Origin: Eledone cirrhosa
Taxonomy: Eukaryota
Length of the DNA: 64,000 nucleotides
Direction: 5' to 3'
Assembly (NCBI GenBank): GCA_964016885.1
Contig: OZ024742.1
Coordinates: 77,438,001 to 77,502,000, forward strand
The position numbers and the translations under genes are program-made. Positions 28,185 through 41,454 of the stretch are shown here, one piece after another (positions within the stretch are counted from its first letter, which is position 1; the number at the start of each line of letters is the position of its first letter). The notes under the pieces were generated by a model that saw nothing but the letters and a program-made list of their open reading frames with translations, had not been told where the DNA came from and did no database searches.

Positions 28185-31100
28185 ATGCTGATCAAAGACC
28201 AACTCCCTATGTCAACCAAGAACATACCTTTACCAACCAAAAATACATATGAAAAGTTGTTGATCAACAGTGTAAACTCGCTTATCAATAGAGTGAGATG
28301 GAGGACATTCCATTATGATAGAAACAAATCTGGCAACGATAATAACACTAACAAATTTGACTCCTTCGGCTTTAAAACATTTAGAAGCCCCCCTCATAAC
28401 ACACTACTAAACCACTTCGAAAACGACCTAATTAAACTAGTTAAAAACATTAAATACAAAAAACACCATAATAAAAACAACACCTTCTTAAACAAACTTA
28501 GCACCTCTATTAATGACTTCAAAACTAGTACTAAAATGTTTGTACATGCCGACAAAACTAACAACATATACAGCCTAGATTATCATACGTATAGAAAGTT
28601 TATATATAACTAGCAGTAAAGCCCGGCGTTGCTCGGGGTCGCTCAGTAGCTGTGTTAAAGTTACAATGTTAAGTTTCTTTTTTGGCTTAAAAGCTGTAGT
28701 GTCTACTGTGCAGACTTGCATGTGGTGTTTTTGATTAATATTCCCTCAACCAACAATATGCCTTATGAAGTTAAGAAAACATAACGATAACCCGAATGTT
28801 ATAACAAAAGAGGATGCTGGGGATAAAAACTGCACTGGTTATTTATTAACAAAGATCGAAAATGTAAACACTGCAACGCAGAGAAAAACATTAGCGTAAC
28901 CAAATTATCAGTTATGTCTGTCTGCACGCCTATATCACCTCTCTGCACGACTGTCTGTCTGCACGCCTGAAATATTTGCTTGTTTTACGTAGTCTTTAAA
29001 TAGACTTGTTTTCAAGTAAAAATATTGTTTTAAAATGCTTTTAAATGGAAATGAAGCAAAACGGAAGCTTAGTGTTCGAACTGATGAATTTTGCAGGTCA
29101 ATATTTTGCTGGCTCGACAACTGTTCGTGTATTGTGTTAATGTCATTTTAAACCCTGAGAAAGCCAGCGTAATATTTTACGTAAGACGCTCAATGTAAAC
29201 AGAACAAAGGGAAACAACTGATCACTTACGCTCAAAAATCGATACATTATATTCGATTTCGTCAGATAGGGCGGGTCAATTTGAAATATTTTTTTCCGAT
29301 GTCTTCGCTAGGGCTCAATGTACAAGTATAGCAATTTCGGTGCAATTCCGTCAGAGATTCTAAGAGGAGATGTGTGCCAAAAATCGATAGACAGACAGAC
29401 AACCACAGTTTTATATATATAGATGAACTACATAAAAGCTACAAGAAAACCACTATGAAAAACTTAGAAGATATTAATATGGAAGGCTATAATATAGTAT
29501 CCAAACTAGGGCTCCAGAGACATACACAACCTTACACCCCAAACCCCCCTATATTCTCTCTGAAGGACCATAAGGTAGACTTCATTAGCAAACCTTCGAT
29601 TAGACTAATCTGCCCCTCCAGGTCTGACATTGGCATTATCAGTAAAAAAATCCTAGACAAAATCATCCCACAGATTAAACACAAGATTTACCTTAAACAA
29701 TGGGGAAATACGGGTGAAGTGATTGAATGGTTCAAAAATATCATAGATAACAAGGATAAAAAATTTATTCAATTTGATATCAACTCTTACTACACCTCTA
29801 TTTCCCCTATCCTACTAAATAAGGCACTTATAATGGCCATGGACAATAGTGACTTGACTAGACCCCAGATTGATGTCATACTTGCGGCCCGTAAAACAAT
29901 AATCACCTTTGAAGACCAATTATGGACCCGCAAGGATACGCAAAACAACTTCGACATTACTATGGGGTCTAGTGACTCGGCGCAGGTCACTGATTTAGTT
30001 GGCCTATACTTACTTAACCTAATCCACAGGGAACTTCCGTACCTCAGCGGTGGTTTGTATCGCGACGATGCACTTCTACTTATAGACTATACAAAATTCA
30101 ATATAGAAAGGACTTGAAAACTATTGCACAAAACATTCAAAAACTTTAACCTTAGTATTACCATGGACAAAAACACCAAAAACGTCAACTTCCTAGACGC
30201 CACACTCTACTTAGACTCAATGATATATGCACCTTTCCACAAACCTAATGAAAAACTCATCTACGTAGATACCAAGTCTAACCACCCTAAATCTATATTG
30301 AACTCTATCTCTAAGGGAGTATCTAATAGAATCTCTAATCTATCCTATGACATAAACACATTTAACAATAACTCGCAGTATTATAATCAGGCATTAGCTA
30401 GATCAGGCCATAATACAGGGATAGAGTTCCTACCTACAAAAACACATAGCTACAACATCTTTTCACACAACATGTCCATGGGAAAATTTAATAATAGGAA
30501 TAGCAACTGCGCACACACTAATAGGGATTGTAACAACAAGAGTAACCCGCACCACAGAAATGACCATAGGAACATTAAAGGAAAGAAATCACCATACATA
30601 AAAAACAGAAATAGAAGAAGAAATAATACATTTTTCAACCCTCCTTTCAATTTAAACGTCTCTACCAACCTTCCTAGGGCTTTCTTCTCACTACTAGATA
30701 AACACTTCCCATCCGGCCACAGGTACCACGGCCTTTTAAACAAAAACACTATTAAGATCTCATACTCTACTACGCCTAACTTAGCATACCACATAGCTAG
30801 TACAAATAAAAGAAAAATTAATTCTTACTTCCAACAAACTAAATCACAACGGTCGATAAACCTTCAAAATAACATTCAAAATAACAGTCAAAGTAACATT
30901 ATAACAAATAACCGTAATATCACTGGAAATAATAGTAATAGCACTAGTGTAAACATTAACGCTGCGTACCACAACCCACATAACCATAACCCTATAGCTA
31001 ACATCCAAACTTCTACACAGCATAGTAACCGGCAGACTAGCACCCAGAGTAATTGTAACTGTAGATCAAGTAGAACCTGCCCTTTAGATAAAAAATGCTT

Positions 31101-31482
31101 AACCAAGGATATCATATACTCATGTACAGTCACAACTAACAGCTCTTCTGAAACCTACATAGGCTCCACTTCTAACTGCTTCAAAACTAGATACAATTCG
31201 CACCTCCACTCTTTCAAAAAACACAGTCTAGCCAACTCCACTTCACTATCTAGCTACATACACTATCTAAAAACTAAAAATAAAATATATACACTTAAAT
31301 GGGAAGTGGTAGGTAGTGCAACATCGTACAAACGACCAGATACATTTTGTAACCTCTGTCTACTAGAGACCCATACTATCATCTTCTCTAAACATAATCT
31401 CCTTAATAAAAAATCAGATGTGTTCGCAACTTGCCAACACCGCTTCCGACACTCGTTCCAAAACTTTAAACCCTATATATAA
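28185..31482 (+). pseudogene. PLE polyprotein (RT + GIY-YIG) split by a Helitron and one in-frame TGA at 30115-30117
   Basis: STKNIP, ADKTNN, LKDHK, FDINSYY, TMGSSDSAQVTDLVG, LYRDD, NFLD, CNCR..CPL..C, IIY..ETYIGST, CNLCLLE, CQH; the frame is restored on removing 28610-29423. Confidence 0.95.
28610..29423 (-). mobile_element. Non-autonomous Helitron, 814 bp
   Basis: Minus strand starts TCTATATATATAAAA, has (GTCT)n near the 5' end, and ends in hairpin cccgagcaacgccggg + CTAG; inserted between A and T with no TSD. Confidence 0.9.
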
Positions 31483-33008
31483 TAATGTCAGACTGGAACC
31501 GGCACCACCCCTAGCAATTAACATCAGTAGCACACCTTACACCTCACATCCACACCCATCTCTATACTCTAAAGATAATACTGACAGCATTTTAGTACCA
31601 CCTACCCTGGGAATATCCCCTTGTACCTCTAATTCTGATATCTCGACCGTGGACTACTTATTCTGCATTGCACAAATATAAGATTGGTATAAACTGGGGA
31701 CACGGTACTGGTTGCGATAACATAGTCCTGTGCATGGATTCCCACCAAGAGATAGATTGATGATTAGATAGATAATCGTATTGTTATGTGAATATATACT
31801 GTAAACGATCAGTTCAATGAATTATGCACGTAATCATCTTGATGTGAACTCCTTTAATACCTATTAATAGACTCCACTCTAGCTTGTAGATGTGATACTT
31901 AATTGATTTATATATGAGACGGGGGTTGTCTATTGCTTTATGACCAGACTAGTGCCTTTATATGAGAGATTGGATCTCCGGACCATACCGAAGATTTACT
32001 GGAGATCCAGACATGCAGTGACCCGGAGTCTACCGGGTGGCATATATAATAGTGGGACCATACGAGGTCCTACTGTTATATTACATTTGCATGGAACAGT
32101 GACTTGAGAGTCTGACTCCTCTTATAGAATGTTCAGATATGACACCCCTTAATGGATGGTAATCATCCTAATATATACACCCTTGTACTTCTTAATGGAC
32201 AACTCTCTAACCTATAAATGGGTAACATACTCTAGAAATTAGTTATAACTTCATATGATAGGCACGTATTTGAATCACCATTAATGTAGTTTAGGATAGT
32301 AACTTAACTAAGATAACTAGCTAGTTACCTCCCCTTACGCATTAATTCCCTTAGTCATTCAGACACTTCCGGAATCTGGACAGCATGATCTATTAATTAA
32401 GAACCGACTGGATACGGTTTATAGCTTGATTATATGCTGAACCACCGCGAATTATACGATAGACACGTGTTCTCTATATATATTGCGTCTCATGGATTAT
32501 GTGAGTGGTGGTGTGAGCGAAGACAGTGGTACGGCTTTGCCTACGATACAATAAGGTTTATAGTATGTTGAAAGTTTTTGATATTTTGGTGTTTCCCTGC
32601 ATCCGAGACTGTATATCATACAGATGTATGAGAATAAATGACTTAATATTTCAGCCCACATAATAAGATCGATTGCCTGCTTCAACTGCCTGACCCTGCA
32701 AATATCATTCTGACGCACTCTAATCATGTATAAATAAGACACGCGTGCATACTACACGTGAGATTGTTTCATACACTGACTACTCTAAGCTTTCCTCTTG
32801 CTTTATCTTCATAGACTGCCAACGCTTCATGTTTATCTTTATTTTCATTCTTGTTTTTATTTTATTTTTATCCTGTAACCTTTATATGTAAATTGCCATG
32901 CTATATCATTTGATGAATGTCATCCCACTGTTGATCAATATGCGCATATGTTTTATGTGTCTCTTGGGTTGAAAAGGAGGTCAAGTATGTTATAGATCAG
33001 TAAATAGC

Positions 33009-33055
33009 TGCTCCGAAGAATCCAAACCTCGGTTTGGAGGAAACAATTGTAAGCA
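33009..33055 (+). ncRNA. Hammerhead ribozyme in the 3' pLTR
   Basis: Identical to 27884-27930. Confidence 0.8.
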
Positions 33056-33259
33056 AATAAATGACTTAAACTGAACTTTGATTATTGTAATCTCTATATA
33101 ACTGCTCTGTAAAACAACTGATGGTATTACATTGAGCTATTTATCTTACTGGTAATAGGATAGTAATTAATGACTATCTTTCACTATTTAGGGTTTGTAT
33201 ATATAATATATTACCATTAAAGGTTTTATTGCATGCATAACCATAAATAGTACCCTTAA

Positions 33260-33301
<42 letters not shown>

Positions 33302-33305
<4 letters not shown>

Positions 33306-34200
33306 GACGCAAAATAAGAAAATTTTAAAAATTAAAAATCAACTTACTTACTAAAATTGATATGGGTTCCTAGTGTCCGCGCATTTCCTGGGAATTTAGC
33401 TGAGAATAGACTCCCTGATGACGTAAGGAATTCTCTATAGTTATGTTACGTAACTATAATTATGCCCTTACAGAAAATAATTAGTTGGAGGGAAAATTTT
33501 AGTAAGAAAGTTGATTTTTAATTTGTTAAATTTTCTTATTTTACGTCTTTCATATAATTGTTCTGCATCCCCCTGCATAGAACCACAAAGGAACTAATAC
33601 ATAACATATATATTTGCTAGCATGGGTATACATCTGTATACATATGTTGGTAGATATACTAATTCTCTATTTTTATCTCCAAATTATTTGTTGAGTAAAA
33701 CTTGCCAACATTTACTGCTGTGATTCATGGTAGTAGTAGGCTCTTGTCATAATACCACCCCACTCTTCACTGATTAACCTCAGTGTCACGTGATTGATTC
33801 TTTAGAATCTGCCACTGACCAAAGAGGCAGTGAATTTTTTCAGTGCTTTGGAATTTAGTCTCCGCTAGCTTTATTCCATCAACTGAATTATTATTTTTAT
33901 ATGGGTTCCTAGTTTCCGCGCATTGCCTGGGAACTTAGCTGAGAATAGACTCCCTGATGACGTAAGGAATTCTCTATAGTTATGTTACGTAACTATATTT
34001 ATCCCCTCACAGAAACTAATTAGTTTGAATGAACATTTTAGTAAGTAAGTTGATTTTTAATTTTTAAAATTTTCTGATTTTACGACTTTCATATAATTGT
34101 TCTGCATCCCCCTGCATAGAACCACAAAGGTACTAAGACATAACATATATATTTGCTAGCATGGGTATACATCTGTATACATATGTTGGTAGATATACTA

Positions 34201-34207
<7 letters not shown>
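33302..34207 (+). repeat. ORF-less unit of about 539 bp x1.6 with a short inverted left arm (33302-33357)
   Basis: 33361-33668 repeats at 33900-34207; each copy has CTGATGA-CGTAA...TTACG (degenerate HHR-like); (TA)n flanks. Confidence 0.8.
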
Positions 34208-34234
<27 letters not shown>

Positions 34235-34443
34235 AATATAATTTCAGCGAGATCGAATTTCGGTAGTGGTCGAAAACAAAGCGAAACACAATTTCAGAGT
34301 TCTGCGGCAAGCGCTCCATGGACTAAAAAACACCAGAGCAATAAACATAGGTTATAAAGGCCAAACAAACAGAGAATGGCGGTCAAAAAGCCATCAGCCA
34401 GCTAAGCCAAAAAAAAAACGAAGCAAGCTATATATATATATAT

Positions 34444-34637
34444 ATGGAAAAAGTATGACCCCGACGGCAGAGCTCAAGCCGTTTCGACGGTTATTTCTGT
34501 CCAGAAATAGCCGTCGAAACGGCTTGAGCTCTTCCTCCGGGATCATACTAGTTCCTATTTCCCATTCTACTACCCTAAGTATTGAGTATTCTGGTGCGTT
34601 ATAGTCCATCTGGTTTCTTACCACAACTCCTTTGTTA
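34444..34637. repeat. Short fold-back element, copy 2 (opposite orientation)
   Basis: Same sequence as the 15708 and 39445 copies. Confidence 0.85.
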
Positions 34638-34976
34638 TATATATATACACACAGTATATTATTGACGGATGAGGAAAAAAGAATACACAATACCGAAGTA
34701 GGTTTTACATACTCATTTTATTAATTCTAAATACTCTGGACTTTCGCACTCTTAAGCAAGATTAAGCAGGAAAAACGCTAGTATAACAAGCCTCGCTATT
34801 TAGCCTTAAAAGAACTAGCACTATCATTGATTCATTAATGCCAATTTGACGAATCAAAGAAAGGGGGAAAAACCACACCCTTAAATATATTTTCAGTACT
34901 ATTTCCAATTTCACCATCTCTCTATAGCCACTGTTTTGTATAGAACCCTACTTCCCTTTTCAAATACATATTATTA

Positions 34977-35015
34977 TCATTTGATAATGCATAAAAATGC
35001 TGAAACCGGTAATAG
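34977..35015 (+). ncRNA. Variant hammerhead (U3-A8)
   Basis: TTGATAA-tGCAT aaaa ATGCt-GAAAC CG GTA; stem I imperfect. Confidence 0.5.
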
Positions 35016-35214
35016 ACAATTATTAAATATATAAATAAATAAATAAATGCCATTGTTAATTAATAAATAAATGAACTAATACCTTAACACTTCACACAAA
35101 GTAAAATATTTCGTTTTAATCATTTTCTAACCGAGATAAAAGAGAGAAAAAACATATTTATCTTCCTAATAATCGTCTTTTTTCTGCCTGCTTTCATATA
35201 TGTATATATATATA

Positions 35215-36612
35215 TATTTAATAAAATAACAGATTAAAGTTTAAGCAATGAAACGCTGCTTTTACCCTTAACGGGATCTTCTGAAACTAAAAAAGTCAAT
35301 CTGTTAACGCAGAAGTGAATATTTCAAAAAACGGTGGAACCGAAGGAAGACAAGAAGACGATACTTTGGTTCGTGGAAACGTTCTCTGGCAAAGAACGGG
35401 AAAAAAAACGAATATATTACGTCATTATTTGGAGCGGTGAAAAACAATTACACGCAAAGACAAAACCACGTTTATGGTATAAAAGAAGTCGTAGACTAAT
35501 ATTCTATTAGGTGGTTCATAGAGACGTTCTCTGGCAATGAACGGAAAAAACGAAGATAATACGTCATATGTGGAGCGGGGAGAACATTGCACGCAAAGAC
35601 AAAACCACATAAATTATACAACTGAAGTCGTAGATGAAATTAAATAAATGAAATTAAGTAAATGAAATTAAATAAATACATACACGCATCCATATACGTA
35701 CATACACAAGCATACGCGAAAACACTCCCCATAGGTATCCAAATACACGCACGTACACAAAGAAAAAACGCACGCACATACAGAACCCACGCAACGCCTG
35801 AACCCGCACGCATACGAATGTATACACCAAATACACATAAAAATATATATAAACAAATTTTATTTTATTTATATACGTTTATTTAATTGTATGTATACAC
35901 ACACATATATATATAATTTTTTTTATATATATATGTTTATGTGTATTTGGTGTATACATTCGTATGCGTGCGGGTAAAGGTGTTGCGTGGGTTCTGTATG
36001 TGCGTGCGGTTTTTGTTGTTTTTTTTGTGTACGTGCGTGTATTTGTATACCTATGGCGAGTTTTTTCGCGTATGCTTGTGTATGTACGTATATGGATGCG
36101 TGTATGTATTTATTTAATTTCATTTACCTCTGTATTTTATTTACTTTATTCTTAACTCTGAAGCCGAGAATCATTCGGTTTCCTAGTTAGAATTTTAGTC
36201 TACGACTTCAGTTATACCATTTACGTGGTTTTGTCTTTGCGTGCAATTGTTCTCCCCGCCCCACATATGACGTATTATCTTCGTTTTTTCCGTTCATTGC
36301 CAGAGAACGTCTCTATGAACCACCTAATAGAATATTAGTCTACGACTTCTTTTATACATTAAACGTGGTTTTGTCTTTGCGAATAATTGTTTTTCACCGC
36401 TCCAAATAATCATGTATTATATTCGTTTTTTCCCGTTCTTTGCCAGGGAACGTTTCCACGAACCAAAGTATCGTCTTCCTGTCTTCCTCTGGTTGCACCG
36501 TTTTTTGAAATATTCACTTCTGCGTTCACAGATTGACTTTGTTAGTTTCAGAAGATCCCGTTAAGGGTGAAAGCAGCGATTCTTTGCTTAAACTTTAATC
36601 TGTTATTTTAAT
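35215..36612. repeat. Imperfect palindrome of about 1.4 kb with internal diverged subrepeats of about 140 bp
   Basis: 35215-35633 vs 36197-36612 and 35657-35850 vs 35930-36128 are reverse complements. Confidence 0.85.
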
Positions 36613-36728
36613 AACTATTTGCTCTACGGTTCTTATATATTTGATATATATTTATCCTTATCGAGCCCTCTTTGTATCTTAGTCTTCAAATTTATTATTA
36701 TTACTCTATATATATATATATATATAAT

Positions 36729-36763
<35 letters not shown>

Positions 36764-39134
36764 TCCATACATATAAAACAGATGTCTGTCTGTCTGTCTG
36801 TCTGTGTAACCGCATGCATTTCTACATTTTACAACCGATTTGCACCAAATTTCATACATAGGTTTCTGAAGTCCGGTTACGCGTCGTAGGCTATGTTATT
36901 TTTCCGTATTGTGGGGGCCCCCAGTGGCAGGTAAGCCCCTTAAACCTCTCGCTTGGAGTCAGCAGTACTACTGCATAAAGGCCCCAAAGTTTTTGCATTT
37001 TGCCTCCCATCTTCACCAACATTAATCTTTTATTTGCTTATGGCCTACAAATAAATTTGCAGGCATGTCCTTGCGCAGAAATGTCCTTGCGCAGAAATTC
37101 AAGTAGGCGACCCCTACTGTTGAAGTTGATATCATCAATGCTACAAAACGTCATAACTGCTTGAGTTGGTGTTTGGTTTTCACGAAGCGAGACGTACTGG
37201 TTACCCATGGCTTATAAAGGAAGGTGAACACATAAACTTTTACTTGGACCTATGAAGGGGAGGCCGGGGGAGGGGGTAGTAAGTCACTTCGACTTATCTA
37301 TTGAAGTTCACATTAAAACTGTATTAGTACCTGATAACTTTTGAAGTTTACGTTCGATTTTAACTTTACCGGACCCATTGGTTACCCATTGCCTAAAGAT
37401 GATGTTGAAGACGCTGTCTATGCCCGGAACAAGCAAAGGGAGCCCCAGAGGGAAGTAAGCCCTGGCGAGTCATTTATTGAATTTGGCTATTGTAATGCAG
37501 CAAAGGGTCATAGCTTCGATAATTGGTAGTCCCAAAAATGAATATCGACTTAGTTGTTATTCATGTACTACAGATGAAGATACAGTGAGGCACATTTACT
37601 TTCATTTCAATTCAGCAAGAGGACCCCCTCGGGGACAATGAGCCCAATTCATTAACCTATAAACTGCCACAATAAAAAAATCACCATCACCTCGGGAGTT
37701 TATACTTAGTTCTTACACAAACTAAAGGAAATGGTTATTGCCTGCCATAAGATAATGCACCGCACATTCGTTATCACTTAAATTCTGCAAGAGAAGCCCC
37801 CAGGGAGGGCAGTGAGCCCCTTTGGACCAATTTTAATGTTCATATTATGATCGCAGCAAAGCATTTCAACTTCTGGAAATAATGGTCAATTTAAACGAAA
37901 GTTGACGCATCGGTTACTCATGTCCTACAAATGGAGTAGCGAATTTTTCAATCCCTCTGACTTAACTTTAGTTTGTTTAGTTAACTTTAGAATAATTGAA
38001 TTGAATTTTGCACCCGGTTGTCTCCCCCGTGTAATTGCACCACAATTAAGTGCCGAATGGGGAGTTAAATTTTTTTCCTTGAACTTTGGCGCCATTTTAC
38101 ACTCCTAACCAAGAAAGCGCGATTTAACCCAGGTGTAAATTTTAACGTATACTGTACGTGGATTGTAAATGTTAACGCCTACTGATTGTGGATTTCACAA
38201 TCATGCCTAAACTGTGCGAATGATTGATTAGTTTTTGCACCCGGTTGTCTCCCCCATTTAATTGCACTTCAATCAGACATCAGTGCGTTCTGTTCAGTAG
38301 ATTTCATCACACTTATTTTTATTATCTAACCAATCAGACAACTCCTATATATGTCGGTCAAGTCCGACCTAGTATCACACTTCTTTTTGGCATTTGACAA
38401 GTGGTAGATATTTTTACATGCGTACTCTCATAAACTACCCTATGTTTCTGAAACGCATGCTTCTTCAACATTTGTCACCTTAAAGGAGGTTTAGTTAATG
38501 TGTTTATGGTCATAATGTTCCAGTTTATCATGCTGCGATTTGTCAGCCATTTTTGCCTGTATCCTTTCAATAGTTAGTACTTACTTATTGCTATGTTCGA
38601 ACTGAACAAACATTCTGACACTTATATACCTACCACTGTAGCCACACTATTTAATTTCCTTTATCACAGGTAGTCCGTACGCTGCGTTACCTCTAACTTA
38701 AAACCTGAAATTTGACTGGTACACAAAATCTTGCAAAACATTCCCACTTTCTCAGACCACATAGATTTATCACATTTTTTTCACAACTTATATCCGTATT
38801 TAGATATGCTTACTTAAATGTTATTTGTCCACTATTTATCGTTCTCTTTGGTTAATTTTCTAAAAACAATGGCCCCCAAGAAAAGAACTTTCATTGGTCG
38901 ATTATCTAATAATGAAAGTAGGTCTAAGCGAAGGCGTCCCGCCGAAAATGTAAAATGCGACTGCGATCAGGCTCTCGCAGAATGCTGTGCAGACGCCCGC
39001 TGCAAGAGCGGAGGAGGATGATATTCGACGTGAACTTCAACGGAACAAAGATACTGCCGCGACTGCTGCTGCTCGCGCTCGAAAGGATGAAGGACGACGT
39101 GCCGTTCGACGAAGCAAGGATGCCGCACACGCAC

Positions 39135-39135
<1 letters not shown>
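36764..39135 (+). mobile_element. 5' part of a Helitron with the start of a RepHel-like ORF (ATG at about 38869), 3'-truncated at (CA)n
   Basis: TCCATACATATAAAACAGAT(GTCT)n 5' end resembles the 28.6 kb Helitron; MAPKKRTFIGRLSNNESRSKRRR followed by a charged R/E/A-rich segment. Confidence 0.65.
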
Positions 39136-39204
<69 letters not shown>

Positions 39205-39214
<10 letters not shown>

Positions 39215-39422
39215 CTTACACACGTGGTCAAGTATAGCTCTTTTTACAAAACGTTTTTTTTCCATTTCATTAGACGCTCTCCATCATACACTTTTCTAAA
39301 AATCAAATCATACACGAAACGCCAGCACAAATATCTTCCTGCTATATAAAGCGTTAACCTAATATATACATTCCATATACTGTACCGATTGTGTTGTTAT
39401 TTCTGTTTACCTTTTACATACA
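39205..39422 (+). repeat. Dispersed repeat with a second copy on the minus strand at about 41370-41720
   Basis: ccatcatacacttttctaaaaa..aaatcatacac and ctgtaccgattgtgttgttatttctgtttac are shared. Confidence 0.75.
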
Positions 39423-39444
39423 CATATATATATATATATATATA

Positions 39445-39640
39445 TGTAACAAAGGAACTGTGGTAAAGAACCAGATGGACCATAACGCAGCAGAGTATTC
39501 AATACTTAGATTAGTAGAGTGGGAAATAGGAAAAAGTATGACCCCGACGGTAGAGCTCAAGCCGTTTCGACGGCTATTTCTGGAGTCTAGAAATAGCCGT
39601 CGAAACGGCTTGAGCTCTGCCGTCGGGGTCATAATTTTTC

Positions 39641-39642
<2 letters not shown>
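39445..39642. repeat. Short fold-back element, copy 3
   Basis: Hairpin arms of about 50 bp with (TA)n flanks. Confidence 0.85.
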
Positions 39643-39677
<35 letters not shown>

Positions 39678-39713
39678 ATTTGTATATATATATATATATA
39701 ATATATATATATA

Positions 39714-39780
<67 letters not shown>

Positions 39781-39796
39781 ATTATATATATATTTG

Positions 39797-39831
<35 letters not shown>

Positions 39832-39866
39832 TATTTGTATATATATATAATATATATATATAATAA

Positions 39867-39901
<35 letters not shown>

Positions 39902-39917
39902 ATTATATATATATTTG

Positions 39918-39952
<35 letters not shown>

Positions 39953-40069
39953 TATTTGTATATATATATATATATAATATATATATATAATAAATATATA
40001 TATATATATATTATATATATATATTATATATATATTTGTATATATATATATATATAATATATATATATA

Positions 40070-40122
<53 letters not shown>

Positions 40123-40136
40123 ATTATATATATATT

Positions 40137-40219
<83 letters not shown>

Positions 40220-40287
40220 TAATATTATATATATATATATATAATATATATATATTATATATATATTTGTATATATATATATATATA

Positions 40288-40328
<41 letters not shown>

Positions 40329-40329
40329 T

Positions 40330-40500
40330 ATCATCATCATCACCGTGTTACGTACGTTCATCCACGCCAGCATGGATTAGACGGGTTGTCCTGTTGTGGG
40401 CAGTGTCTGGTCAGCTGACCATGCCTTGCTCATACAGGAACTGATTTGGCTTGATATCTACAGCTGGATGCCCTTCCTAACACCAACATCATTTACAGTG
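40330..40500 (-). mobile_element. SINE/LINE 3' end with a (GAT)n tail
   Basis: (CAT)n then cagcatggattagacggg...ggatgcccttcctaacaccaac. Confidence 0.55.
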
Positions 40501-40568
40501 AGGGCTGAGTTCTTTTTCGTGGCGCCTACACGTCCACTTTACAGTGTGGGCTGCGTGCGGGGGCATAT

Positions 40569-40679
<111 letters not shown>

Positions 40680-40931
40680 TATACATATATATATATTATA
40701 TATATATATATATAGACAATATGCCCCCGCACCCAGCCCACACTGTAAGGTGGACCTTTGATATATTCGGCTCCGTTTTTTTGTTGAGCTATTTCAAATG
40801 TCGAATAAACCTGGCTGCTATTTTTAGTGGAGTAAGTTTGTGAGACACGCTAAGATACCATGTGCGCTAAGAGATATAGCACCCTATTCAGTTACTTAAT
40901 ATACTTAGAAGTGTCTAGGATACTAATTCAT

Positions 40932-41005
40932 CACCCACTGATGAGCTTGAATTGGTAATTCTATTCACAATTAACATTGCGAAACAACACCAAGTTGTCT
41001 TTGTC
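40932..41005 (+). ncRNA. Hammerhead ribozyme with degraded stem I
   Basis: CTGATGA-GC...GC-GAAA CAAC accaa GTTG TC. Confidence 0.65.
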
Positions 41006-41454
41006 TTTTGGTAGTTACCACAATTCCGGTTTGTATTTATTTTCTTGATTTCTTCTTAAATTGAGACAAGCAAACCCAATTGTCTATATTTAGTATTCCT
41101 TGCACCCTAGCGAATCTGATCCCTTACGATTTGAACACATATATGTATATATCTGTGTTCGATTTTCTTTTACATTCTATTATAATATACGGCTCGGAAA
41201 TATCTCTTTCTTAGAGCTATTTTGTTGTAAGAGACTATTTTGAGTTCCTAACTCAATATATACCTTTGATATATATATATATATAACCATGGGATTTAGT
41301 GACTCCGCGCAGGACATTGGCACTATATATATATATATATATAATATATATACGTGTGTGCGTGTGTGTGTGTAAAAAGTAAACAGAAATAACAACACAA
41401 TCGGTACAGCATATGGGAGGGATATATTAGGTTAACACTTGATATAGCAGGAAG

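Larger units (their letters stand above)
26378..33264 (+). mobile_element. Near full-length Penelope-like element (Naiad-like): inverted pLTR 26378-27168, direct pLTRs 27172-28139 and 32304-33264
   Basis: Three pLTR copies, an RT-GIY-YIG ORF, and (TA)n on both flanks. Confidence 0.95.

Noticed and set aside
30115-30117. In-frame TGA as selenocysteine or programmed readthrough
   Set aside because: It aligns with a Lys in the related copy at about 9195 rather than a conserved Cys, and no canonical SECIS was seen; a nonsense mutation from an Arg codon is simpler
26729-32742. 81 aa ORF present three times (MSYLYMI...)
   Set aside because: It is antisense to the pLTR with a GTG start and is repeated only because the pLTR is repeated
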